A stretch of 64,000 bases of DNA. Source: Devosia sp. GTDB lineage: Bacteria > Pseudomonadota > Alphaproteobacteria > Rhizobiales > Devosiaceae. Below, piece after piece: positions 34,163 to 43,500 of the stretch (the first letter of the stretch is position 1; every line of letters starts with the position of its first letter). The stretch spans positions 523 through 64,522 of the forward strand of contig NZ_JAQGJL010000199.1 in the NCBI RefSeq assembly GCF_028290645.1. Reading direction: 5' to 3'. Under the pieces are notes generated by a model. It saw only the letters and a program-made list of their open reading frames with translations. It had not been told where the DNA came from and ran no database searches. The position numbers were made by a program, and so were the translations under genes.

Positions 34163-34894
34163 TCACACGGTCCCCTTTGGCGACTTCCGCGGCTTCACCG
34201 AGGTGATCTCCACGACGGCGGTATTGCCGGCTCGCGACAGGACTTCGACGCCTAGCTTGAGGTGCTGGCCTGGCTCCGCATCGAGCACGCGTTGCGCAAG
34301 CTCGCCGACGTCCGCCTTCAACGTCATCTGGGCCGGGCCCGGTCGTCGCGACGACCTCCTGTTTTTAACGTTGGCGGTGGCCATCTTGTTGATGCCGCCG
34401 TTGACGACGACGTACTTGGCGATCTCGTCGGCCGACTTTCCTTCCTTGAAGGCACGTTCGAGTGCGTTGGCATACCGGCTCACCCGGCGTTTTGCCTTCT
34501 CGCCGAAGCCGAAAACGAAGCGGATGATGGGGCGCAGTACGTCATCTGGTTTGTCGATATTGGGCCGCGCGCCTTTGAACTGGGCGAACTCCGGTTGCCG
34601 GGCGAACAGAACCAAATCGTCTTTATGGGTCTGGAGGTGGCCGGCCAGGCGAAACCAGCTCTCAATCTGATGCAGCTGTGTCTCGCGCCGCCCCTTGCGG
34701 TCGGACCTCCAAGTCTCGCGCAGCGCCGCGAGAACTTCTTGAAGGTCCAGCGGCGCTGCGGCCGGAGATTCATTTTGATCCGGTTGACCGTGGCGTAGCG
34801 CGTTCAAACGAGGCGAGAGGTCGAAGGCTGGGGCTCTTGCGCTTCGTCCCACGCTGCGAGCAAGTATTGGTGTGTTGCGATTGGCGCCGCCCAT
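34163..34894 (-). CDS. hypothetical phage early protein
   Basis: ATG at 34894 with GGAGG just upstream (the listed GTG start is at 34960). No recognisable domain. Confidence 0.5.
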   Translation of the reverse strand: MGGANRNTPILARSVGRSARAPAFDLSPRLNALRHGQPDQNESPAAAPLDLQEVLAALRETWRSDRKGRRETQLHQIESWFRLAGHLQTHKDDLVLFARQPEFAQFKGARPNIDKPDDVLRPIIRFVFGFGEKAKRRVSRYANALERAFKEGKSADEIAKYVVVNGGINKMATANVKNRRSSRRPGPAQMTLKADVGELAQRVLDAEPGQHLKLGVEVLSRAGNTAVVEITSVKPRKSPKGTV

Positions 34895-34970
34895 AGGGCC
34901 TCCGGCGAGTGTTTGGGCTGGGAAGAGGCCGCGACCGCCACAACGGTCGCGGGCACGCACGGCGGGCTTG

Positions 34971-35519
34971 CTACTTCGCCTTCTCTTGGCGGTTGATGTT
35001 CGCCGTCATCCTGCGGTTCTGTACGTCGCTGGACACCGTGACGTTGCTAAACGCGAGGCGATCAAGCACGTGAAAACCCAGCAAGAGGCGAGAAAGCTCC
35101 GGGCTGGAACCATGCCCACCGTGACTCAACGACGAAGGGCTCCGGAAGGCGCTCCAGAAAGTTCGGCAGAACTCGACTTTGCCGATAGCTCGCACCTTCG
35201 CTTCAGCCCCCACGATATCCGCGACGACCTCGATGACGGTAGCTTCGACCGTCTGAGACGTCGACGCTGCCAAAACGATGAACGGGCGCTCACCTTCGGT
35301 TTCCAGGCCAAAGCTTGCCATGATAAAGCCGATCGCAGGTACGCCCTCCACGCCGGGGGCCGAGAGTGCCTTGTGAAGCCAGTCAGACACCCTTGACGCC
35401 TGCCCTTCCCCCAGGCGTTCTGCCGTGAGCCGCTCCCAGTTCGAAGGCAGGGTGACCAGAGTCAGCCCACGGGACGGGAAGTCCGACTCCGTAAGGGCAA
35501 CGAGCAACTCGATGCCCAT
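34971..35519 (-). CDS. hypothetical protein
   Basis: 182-aa ORF with an ATG start and no recognisable domain. Confidence 0.5.
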   Translation of the reverse strand: MGIELLVALTESDFPSRGLTLVTLPSNWERLTAERLGEGQASRVSDWLHKALSAPGVEGVPAIGFIMASFGLETEGERPFIVLAASTSQTVEATVIEVVADIVGAEAKVRAIGKVEFCRTFWSAFRSPSSLSHGGHGSSPELSRLLLGFHVLDRLAFSNVTVSSDVQNRRMTANINRQEKAK

Positions 35520-35704
35520 CGACTCGCAACACGAGGGGCAGCCGGCACGACCGCACGACTTAGCATCGCGCAGTCCAGGAATGCCCGAACATTCGGCGGT
35601 GCATCGGACATATCCAACTCTATCTGAGGTTCGAACCGGTCCGTTTCGGCGAAATAGTCGGTCACGTGACCTATGGTGGCAACGATTGCCTCCTTACTTG
35701 TCAT
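35462..35704 (-). CDS. hypothetical small protein
   Basis: ATG at 35704 (MTSKEAIVATIGHVTDYFAETDRFEPQIELDMSD...). The 3' end overlaps the next gene by 58 nt and its tail looks non-coding, so the end is uncertain. Confidence 0.4.
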   Translation of the reverse strand: MTSKEAIVATIGHVTDYFAETDRFEPQIELDMSDAPPNVRAFLDCAMLSRAVVPAAPRVASRWASSCSLPLRSRTSRPVG

Positions 35705-35778
35705 TCTATATTCCTTGCAAATGCCCAGCATCTCACGCGCCCGCTGGGGCGTTGATTACGACTGGCGCTGTTAGTTTT

Positions 35779-36003
35779 TTACGGTTGCTTATGGGCGGCT
35801 TGCCACGCTTCGGGGTCGGCAATAAAGCTGTCGAGCTCGGACTCAAGCCAGCCCGTCACCCTTTCAGAGAGCTTCACCGACTCGGGAAATTGGCCTGCTC
35901 TAACGCCGGCCCACCAGTGTGATCGCGAGCAGCCGACCCGCTCCAAGACCTGCGGTAACCTCAATATCCGGTCGCCCGGAACGGTGGTACGTTTCGATTT
36001 CAT
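35779..36003 (-). CDS. AlpA-family transcriptional regulator / excisionase-like
   Basis: RILRLPQVLERVGCSRSHWWAGVRAGQFPESVKLSERVTGWLESELDSFI matches the AlpA/Phage_AlpA HTH pattern. Confidence 0.8.
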   Translation of the reverse strand: MKSKRTTVPGDRILRLPQVLERVGCSRSHWWAGVRAGQFPESVKLSERVTGWLESELDSFIADPEAWQAAHKQP

Positions 36004-36082
36004 TCATGCGTCGCTCCTTGTTGGACGTCGCAAGATTGGCTCGTTCACGCCCAGAAGAAAGGGGGTTGAGGTGGGACAATCT

Positions 36083-36916
36083 CTAGGAATTGCCCGCCAA
36101 TTTCCGCACTGGACCTGGCTTGCGCAAGGCGCCGATTATCTGCTCGTGGGTGACGCTCGGATCGAAACTAAATAGCATGGTGCGAACAAACTCGACCCCG
36201 GGAGATTTGAACTCGTCAGAGTCATTGGTTAGCCGCTCGAAAGAGCGCCGCACATGCGTGGCCGTAATCTCGACCCACAGCTTGCTCAGCCCTCGTGCGG
36301 CGATTTCGACGTGCTTAAGGGGGCGCCTGCCCGCCGGCGATATAGCCTTTTCAGCGCCATAATTAGGCGTGCTCGGATCAAATTCCGCACTTAAAAGCGC
36401 TTCTTCAATATCGATGTTGCCCGCGTGTTCAAGCATATCCAGGAAACCGGTCCACCGATCTCGCGCTTCCCTCGCAAGGCCGGGCCCTAGATGATTGCCC
36501 ACCAATCGACTCCTCAGCACACGGGCCGCAAGTGGGTGGTCCTGCAAGAGTTGGCTAAGTTTACGGGCTGTGTCCGAACTCTTGGTGAGCAACGGCCTTA
36601 ACTGGGTCACGGTCATCCCATTCGCTGTCCTCTTCGCGTAAGTGTAGCGATAAACAATGTCCCGAATAGCTTTTGGAGGATCCACCGCCAACCACCCGTT
36701 CGAAGGCTTCAATCTCGATTGCGCCTCGATGTAGGCTTCCCTGGCGGCCTTGACTGCCGGCTCAATCTTCTCGTCGGGGGCATACTCAAATAATCCCGGG
36801 CCGGCGTCATACTGTAGGTTGCGTAACTGGGGGAACACTTCGCCAAGGGGCGGTTCCTTGGGCGTGACCGACGACGGCGCGAATGTGATCTCAATCTCTT
36901 TGCGGCGTCGGCTCAT
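36083..36916 (-). CDS. hypothetical protein (277 aa) between integrase and AlpA
   Basis: ATG at 36916 (MSRRRKEIEITF...) overlaps the integrase 3' end by 26 nt. Visibly lower GC than the structural genes. No recognisable domain. Confidence 0.55.
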   Translation of the reverse strand: MSRRRKEIEITFAPSSVTPKEPPLGEVFPQLRNLQYDAGPGLFEYAPDEKIEPAVKAAREAYIEAQSRLKPSNGWLAVDPPKAIRDIVYRYTYAKRTANGMTVTQLRPLLTKSSDTARKLSQLLQDHPLAARVLRSRLVGNHLGPGLAREARDRWTGFLDMLEHAGNIDIEEALLSAEFDPSTPNYGAEKAISPAGRRPLKHVEIAARGLSKLWVEITATHVRRSFERLTNDSDEFKSPGVEFVRTMLFSFDPSVTHEQIIGALRKPGPVRKLAGNS

Positions 36917-38114
36917 CGGCCTCTCCTCCAAAACTTTGAACCGACGACAGGCAGAACTTTGACCAATCGGCCATTAGAGGGCGCCGTTTGTCGAGAAGGT
37001 CTCCTCGTCTATACGCGGCCTCGACCTTACTCTTAATGGTATGCGCGAGAGCCATCTCTACAACCTCGCGAGAGTACTGCGTGCGCTCTGCGGCCCAGTC
37101 GCTGAAGGTGGAGCGGAAGCCATGAGCCGTTACGTCTACCTTCATGCGCTCAAGCAGTTTCAAGAACACCATATTAGAAAGGGGGCGTTCAACTTTCATA
37201 CCTGGAAACACAAATCCGCTGCCAGCCGCCAATTTTTTGGCCGCCGCAAGTATTTCTAGGCAGCGTGCTGTCAACGGCACACGATGTACCCGCTTTACCT
37301 TCATGCGCTCCGGTGGGATCGTCCAGATCGCTGACTCGATGTCGAACTCCTCCCATCGCGTCAGGAGCACCTCGCTGGTGCGCGTCGCCGTGAGGATCAG
37401 CAACTCCAAGGCTAACCGTGACGAGGTGTGCTCGCCCTCGCTACGGAGCTTTACCAGGAAGTCGGGCAACTCCGCGAAGGGCAGTGCGGCGTGGTGTTCC
37501 TGAATCGCCATTTGCTTCGGCAGGCCACTGTCGACACCGGCGACGGGATTCTCCCCTGACCTCAGACCGGAGGCTTTGGCGTGCTCGAACACCTTGTGCA
37601 TCCGCTGTTTCAGTCGCCGAGCGGTTTCACTTTTCTTGAGCCAGAGCGGGGCTAACACTTTCAGGATATCTGGCGTGCCGATATCATCGATACGGCGGCT
37701 CCCGATCTGGGGATACGCGTATTGCTTGATCGTGTTGATCCATTGATCAGCGTGCTTGGCGTTTCTGAAGCCCTCCTTCAAAGCCCCATGAGCTGCCTCA
37801 GCCGCTTCGCTGAACGTTGGAACGACGACACGCTGGCTGCGGCGCACGGAGAGCGGGTCGCCACCCTCACGGGCAATCTTCCGATACTCCGTGGCTAAGG
37901 CTCGGGCTTCCGCCAATGACACCAACGACAAGCCGCCCAGACCAATGTCACGCCGCCTGCCCATCACCACGGTGCGAAGAAGCCAGCGCTTCGCACCCGA
38001 CGGGTCGACGACGAGGTAGAGGCCATTTCCGTCGGTATATCGACCGGCGGTCTTCAGCTGTTGCACCCGCATGGCGCTGAGGGCGTTCTGGGGATGGCGG
38101 CGAGGCGGGGGCAT
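36891..38114 (-). CDS. int: tyrosine integrase, P4-type (DUF4102 N-terminal + catalytic domain)
   Basis: ATG at 38114 with GGAGGA RBS. AGRYTDGNGLYLVVDPSGAKRWLLR (DUF4102-like). TAHGFRSTFSDW and LAHTIKSKVEAAYRRGDLL (H-x-x-R and catalytic Tyr region). Confidence 0.9.
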   Translation of the reverse strand: MPPPRRHPQNALSAMRVQQLKTAGRYTDGNGLYLVVDPSGAKRWLLRTVVMGRRRDIGLGGLSLVSLAEARALATEYRKIAREGGDPLSVRRSQRVVVPTFSEAAEAAHGALKEGFRNAKHADQWINTIKQYAYPQIGSRRIDDIGTPDILKVLAPLWLKKSETARRLKQRMHKVFEHAKASGLRSGENPVAGVDSGLPKQMAIQEHHAALPFAELPDFLVKLRSEGEHTSSRLALELLILTATRTSEVLLTRWEEFDIESAIWTIPPERMKVKRVHRVPLTARCLEILAAAKKLAAGSGFVFPGMKVERPLSNMVFLKLLERMKVDVTAHGFRSTFSDWAAERTQYSREVVEMALAHTIKSKVEAAYRRGDLLDKRRPLMADWSKFCLSSVQSFGGEADEPTPQRD

Positions 38115-38338
38115 GGCTCCTCCGAATGCGTACCCCACATTTCGTACCACACTCTCTTTGGACGTAGCTAGCCTTGGTCGCACCACTGGCCTCACGTGCG
38201 CGAGGCTAACCCGTTGCAAAACCTATATATGATGGACTACGTTGGACTACCTCGAACGCCGAGTTGTCTGCCTTTCTCTCCGCCATGCCGTCTATTGTTT
38301 TGCTCGGCAAATTGCTCGCGCATTGAGTCTGCGACATT

Positions 38339-38533
38339 TCAAAAGCTTTGCCGGAAGGCGAGGAATCCGAGGAGGTGAAGCATGATGCCCCCAGCATCTG
38401 TTCGCGTGGCGATCAATCCGGCCACGACCAAGCCAAGTGTAATCCGATCAGGAAGGCGATCAGACCTGAGGTCGATCACGCTAGCCAGGAGGAGAAGGAG
38501 CCCTAGTGCCGCGGTTTCAAGGGATTGAGTCAA
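38339..38533 (-). pseudogene. N-terminal fragment of an A24-family prepilin peptidase (CpaA/TadV-like)
   Basis: LGLLLLLASVIDLRSDRLPDRITLGLVVAGL resembles the first TM and catalytic Asp region of CpaA. Only 64 codons, much shorter than full-length CpaA/TadV-type peptidases as I recall them, and a TTG start. Confidence 0.5.
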
Positions 38534-38876
38534 TTAGCCTGCCGAAGGATCCAACCAGTATCTCTGCTAACGCGCCACGGCAACTAGCCAAGATCGATCA
38601 ACGCTTGGTCGAGGCGCTTATTGGTGATTTCGGGAGCGGCCTTGGCACGGGCAGGATCATCAGTGGGCAGGGTACAATACTGCTCGACAAACAGAGCACA
38701 AATTCAGCGGTATCGGAGCGCCAGTCGACTGCAGATTCACCTCACGCCTCCCGTGCCCCCACCTGTCCGGCGGTAACTATTGTCCTAACTATGCAAGTTG
38801 CCGACAAAAAGACGGTCCGCATAAGTCCGCATCTTACTGACCGATCCGAGCAGGTGCGCCAGATGCAGCATACCTC

Positions 38877-39242
38877 TCAGCTCAGCCGCACCCCTTCGCA
38901 GACAATAACAATGTTTGCGCCGGTAATCGGCGTCAAGAAATATATCCGATGATTGCCGGCAATTCCCTCAATCTCAGTCAATAGTCCGCGATCACCTATC
39001 CACTCTGAAAACTCTTCATTTCGCAGTCCATCCACCACATTATCGAAATAATGTATGAATGACATTACATTTTGTACGTGATCCGTCTCGAGGAGAATGT
39101 ACTTCACCGCGAAAAAGGTGGCCGAATAAAAGTCTGCATTGCTCTTGTCTATTATCTTAACGTGCACATCCGGGTATTCGAACCCAATAGATGTTATCTC
39201 ACAATCGCCAAAGCTACCAGGTATCGTATGTCTCGTTTGCAT
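38877..39242 (-). CDS. putative immunity protein (121 aa), AT-rich
   Basis: ATG at 39242, 14 nt after the stop of the toxin-like ORF. MQTRHTIPGSFGDCEITSIGFEYPDVHVKIIDKSNADFYSATFFAVKYILLE... Markedly AT-richer than its surroundings. Confidence 0.5.
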   Translation of the reverse strand: MQTRHTIPGSFGDCEITSIGFEYPDVHVKIIDKSNADFYSATFFAVKYILLETDHVQNVMSFIHYFDNVVDGLRNEEFSEWIGDRGLLTEIEGIAGNHRIYFLTPITGANIVIVCEGVRLS

Positions 39243-39255
39243 CGTTATGATCTCA

Positions 39256-39666
39256 TCAGAATGATATCGCGAGGCCGCGAACGCCATTCTCCCACATGTG
39301 GTACTCGCCCGCGACGTAGTGATCCCCTGGTATATCGATATCGTACCAGGCGTTGCCGTTACCGTCGTAAATCCGAACCGTCTGCCCACCACGACTTATG
39401 TGCATTCCCCAAGGCTCCCATACCCTGGGGCTGCTGGCAACGAGCAGCGGGGGGCCTCCCGCCGCGAAGCCTAGATCTTGGCGGATGAGACAGGAAAACG
39501 TGTCCCCAAAACATCCCGGCCGCCTAAGGGGTATCGGCGGCATAGGCAGCGCAACAGCGCTGCCGGCCGCAACGGTTCCGCGCCCGCCGTTACGGGACGC
39601 CGCACCAGCAAGGACGATTCGCTTCGTATCGTTAAGTTTCGAGGGCATCAACTCGAGCAACACCAT
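39256..39666 (-). CDS. orphan polymorphic-toxin-like C-terminal fragment (YD-repeat-like tip)
   Basis: Only the last roughly 55 aa look genuine: GMHISRGGQTVRIYDGNGNAWYDIDIPGDHYVAGEYHMWENGVRG (YDxxGN plus an Asp/His-rich tip). The N-terminal part is compositionally dubious. Confidence 0.4.
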   Translation of the reverse strand: MVLLELMPSKLNDTKRIVLAGAASRNGGRGTVAAGSAVALPMPPIPLRRPGCFGDTFSCLIRQDLGFAAGGPPLLVASSPRVWEPWGMHISRGGQTVRIYDGNGNAWYDIDIPGDHYVAGEYHMWENGVRGLAISF

Positions 39667-39921
39667 GCTCCGCTTGCCGGCACTGTCCAGTAGAATTGAG
39701 GAAGTTTTGCCCCGCGGGCGCCAGCTAGCGTCCGCCTGGCGCCAGAGCCGGAGCCGATGCGCAGGGTTGCTGCGACCTTCGTTCGATATCGGTGAGGATC
39801 ACAGCGATTCTTCGCTGGTCTTCATCCCCTTGCAAAAAAAGTCGATTGCCGGCGCCCGCAGTGGACCGACTGCGGCCGATGCGCTACTACTTTGACAGGG
39901 CTCAATAATACGGTCGGGATC

Positions 39922-40452
39922 ATGCGAACAGCGCTGCGATTCATCAGAAGTTGTGCGCTTCCGGGCGTGCTCTTGTTGCCTATGGCCGGTGCAGGGAGTG
40001 CCGCAAGCCAGGAGACCGTCGCTGACGCGGCTTCGCCGCCGGCGCCGGCTCCATGGGGCGCGCGTTGCGCCAGCGACGGACGCACCACCACACCGGACTG
40101 CGTCATCGAACAGCGCGTGGTCTTGTCCAACAACGGCCAGTTGCTAGCGGCGGTTACCGTTCGCCTGCCGCCCGATAGCCCGACGCCGGTGATGATGATA
40201 CAAACGCCGTTCGGGCTCAACCTGCTGGCCGGCTTGAAGCTCGCCATTGACGACACTCCCGTCGAGACACTGCAACTGCAGACCTGCGATGGCGGCGGCT
40301 GCTACGCCGGCAAGGTCGTCTCGCCAGAATTGCTGGGGGCCTTGAAGCAGGGAACGACGCTCTCGATCACCTTCCAGGACGCAGCGCAGCGCGACATAGC
40401 TGTCCCGGTCTCGCTCAACGGCTTCACCGCCGCGTACGAAAAGATTCAGTAA
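39922..40452 (+). CDS. invasion-associated locus B (IalB) family protein
   Basis: ATG at 39922. Signal peptide, then WGARCASDG....PDCVIEQRV...QTCDGGGCYAG, a typical IalB Cys pattern. Confidence 0.8.
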   Translation: MRTALRFIRSCALPGVLLLPMAGAGSAASQETVADAASPPAPAPWGARCASDGRTTTPDCVIEQRVVLSNNGQLLAAVTVRLPPDSPTPVMMIQTPFGLNLLAGLKLAIDDTPVETLQLQTCDGGGCYAGKVVSPELLGALKQGTTLSITFQDAAQRDIAVPVSLNGFTAAYEKIQ

Positions 40453-40510
40453 GCTCGACACCTGAGCATGAAGAAGGGCGTTGGCAACACCGGCGCCCCT
40501 ATCATCTCCT

Positions 40511-43500
40511 TCAGAACGGTGCCGAGATCTTCAGGCTTCCGCCGTAGCTCTTGATAGTTTCGCCGACCTTGGCGTCACCTGACAGGCGGACTACCGCACC
40601 GCTGCCGTTGATCACATCAAAGCCCATCGTCACGTCGAACAGCGCCTCGTCGAGGTCGCCCACGATGGTGAACGGGGCAACCTCATCCGGGGCATCGGCG
40701 AAGCCGGCCAAGATTTCCGGGTTGGTACCCAAGAGGACGTCGAGGGCACCGACCCTGATGAAGGAGCGCAGCACCGCGTCATTGCCCACGTCCATCTCGC
40801 CGCCGAGCTCGATTGAGGGCGCGACCGTCACGTAGGTCTGGTCATGTCCGTCGATCTCCAGCGCCGTCGGCCCGCCGGTTTCGGCGAAGTCGGCGACGCT
40901 GACCTGCGTCACGCCCACGTCCACCATCGGCCTGACGTACCAATTGTCCTGTTCGAAGCTGTGCGACAGGCGCACGTGAGCCGAGGCGAAGCCGATATCC
41001 TGCGTGCCTTCGAGGACATAGCTCGGGCCGAGCGGCAGGTCGACAAAGCGCGACACGTTCTGCGACGACCAGCCGCCGGTGATCGCACCGGCGAGCACAG
41101 TGCCGTCCCAGACACCCTTGAACACCGCGCCACCCTGGAACCTGTTGCCCGAGCTCGAGGTGCTGCCGTTGCTTTCCGTCCCGATGTCTTCCCACGAGCC
41201 GCCGATGCCGGCGACGAAGTGGTCGTCGATCTTGGCCTGCGCACCGGCGCTGAGCCCGAAGCTGGTCTGCTCGAAGCCCAAATTGGTGCTGTTCTCGGCC
41301 CGTTCGGTCTTCCGATGGTTGACCGAGGCCCAGGCGCACTGGCCCTCGGCGTCGAACCCGTCCTGCACCTTGCAGCTCATCAGAGAATTCTCGAACTGCA
41401 ACCCCGCGAGCATCGCCAGCGTCTGGTTGATCAGGTAGGGCTCCGGGCTCAGCTGATCGAGCAATGCCTGGTAGGTTTCGAGGTCCGGGATCTGGATCAG
41501 TGAGGCCACAAGCGGCTCGAGACCATCAGACCCGCCTGCCAGTTGGAAGGCGTTGACGTACTGGCCGATGGCGCTCTGGTTCGGGTTCAGCCCGTCGATG
41601 TCGAAATCGATGGCGTAGCTGAGCACCAGTTCGGTATCGATCCCCGGGAGGAGGTTCGCTTGCTTGAACATCTCGTAGGTGACAACCAGCGAGGCAGCGG
41701 TGTTCAGCTCGATGCCGCCGACAAGCTTCGTTTCCGACCTTGCAATGACCACCTCGTGCTCGCCCGGCAGTGCATTGCCCATGTTAAGCAGCGTCAGGTC
41801 GACAGCGCCATCCACCGTCAGTGTCCCGTCGATATCGATCAGGTCGGCTTCGCCTGCCAGACCCGTACGATCGAGATCGAGGTCGACACCGTAGATGCCG
41901 GTTGCACTCTGCGTGAGGTCGCCATTGAACGCGGTCGTCATCACCCTGTTCGTGCCGCCGGTCGACATCCAGCCATTGTTGGTCAACAAGTTCCCATCGC
42001 CATACGTCGCGAACGCTCCGGAGTTGAACTTACCGGTCGTCTCGTTGACGAAGCTGTTGGTGCCGACGCCGAGAGCAATCGAGCCGGTGACGGTGCCGAA
42101 GTTCGACACCGCCTCATCGCCGCCCAGATGGGTAGCGTCGCTGCCGGTGGCCAGGATCGCCCAGCCGGCGTCGACGCCATCGGCGGTGGTGATCGTGCCG
42201 GCGTTGTCGATCGTGTTGGTCTTGCCGTCCATGATCCAGACGCCGACGCCGACGTAGCCCATCTCGCCAACGGCCCCAGTGCGGCCGCCGCGGATGATGG
42301 TGTCGGTGTCGTTGATATCGATGATGACGTTGCCGTTGGCGGCGTTGGTGTCGGCGGCGCTGTGGGCGAGGATGGCGATCGATCCCATCCCGCGCGCCTC
42401 GTCGCCCGTCAGCAGGTTTTCCGCCGTCAGTACAGACCCGCTGACGGTGACTGTGACATCCCCCGAATTGGCTGCCACGGGATCGGCGTCCGGGTCGTCC
42501 GACAGCTTTGCCAGGCCGCCCGCGCTTTGCGCGAAGATGCCGGTAGCGTTGTTGCCGGCGGTGCGGATGGTGCCGGTGAGATCGACGCTGACCGCGCCGG
42601 CGTCGCCGTCATCGCCCTTACTGCCAATTTGCCAGGACATCAGGTTGAGGACGGGCTCCGCATTTCCGAGGCCACCCAGGAGGCCCCCGCCGCCGCCCAC
42701 GCTCTGGGCGAATATGCCGGCCGAGCTGTCGCCGTGGGTGGTGATGTCGCCATTGGCGGCGACGTCGACGGCGCCGCCGTTGCCGCCAGCGCCGGAGCTA
42801 CGCCCGAGAGCCAGGCCGACGCCGAGGTTGAGGCCGGGAATAGTCCCTAGCGGTGTCTCGATGTCGGCAGCTAGCGCCCGGTCGACGTTGCCGGCGATGC
42901 CACCGCCCCCGCCCACACTCTGTGCGAAGATGCCGTTCGACGAGACGCCAAACGTCTCGATGTCGCCGATGGCCGCCTGTGTGACGGCGACGTTGCCGCC
43001 GCTGCCGGCGTTATCGCCCTCACCACCGAGGCCGAGCTTGCCGGTCGCGCCGATGACAGCCTTGCCACCAACACCGCCACCCTTGCCGACGCTCTGGGCG
43101 AAGATGCCGTTCGAGTTGCCGCCACGGGTTATGATGCTGCCGGTGTTGTCGACGTCGACGACGCCGCCATTGCCACCAGCCCCGGCATTGCCACCCACGG
43201 CAATTGTGAAGTCCTTGTGGATGCTTACCGATCCGATAGGGAGAATAACGAGCAATTCGGCAGGAATGGGCAGGATCTCGGCCGAACCGAGAATACCGTT
43301 GCCGCCGTTGCCGCCACCGCCGCCGATCGACTGGGCGTAAATGCCGTCGGAGGTGTCGCCCAGGGTTTCGATGTTGCCCGTGTTGATGACCTCGACGTCG
43401 CCGCCGTGGTTGGCCACTCCACCATCGCCGCCGACGCTCACACCCAGTGAGTAGTTGTTCTTGTTCGCTGGTGAATCATCGCAGAGCCCAGGGATCGTGC

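Larger units (their letters stand above)
5140..38220 (-). mobile_element. integrated siphovirus prophage (HK97-type head, RcGTA-like tail), integrase end at right; left boundary uncertain
   Basis: Contiguous minus-strand modules: integrase, AlpA, primase, HNH, TerS, TerL, portal, protease, capsid, connectors, tail, tape measure, fibres, lysis. No attL/attR repeat identified by eye. Confidence 0.85.

Noticed and set aside
34971-35731. Idea that 35462..35731 and 34971..35519 are one gene split by a frameshift
   Set aside because: The upstream extension of the 34971..35519 frame is Arg-rich with no start codon and hits a stop. I saw no similarity across the junction that would support a fusion, so they are kept as two overlapping ORFs with an uncertain boundary.
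38506-38952. 148-aa plus-strand ORF in the scar region
   Set aside because: It has Ser/Thr/Gln-rich composition, no RBS and no motif, and it spans junctions between remnants. It is likely non-coding.
40453-40510. Possible bidirectional terminator between IalB and the autotransporter (GGGCGTTGGCAACACCGGCGCCC)
   Set aside because: The stem is short and imperfect, and there is no adjoining T-run on either strand.
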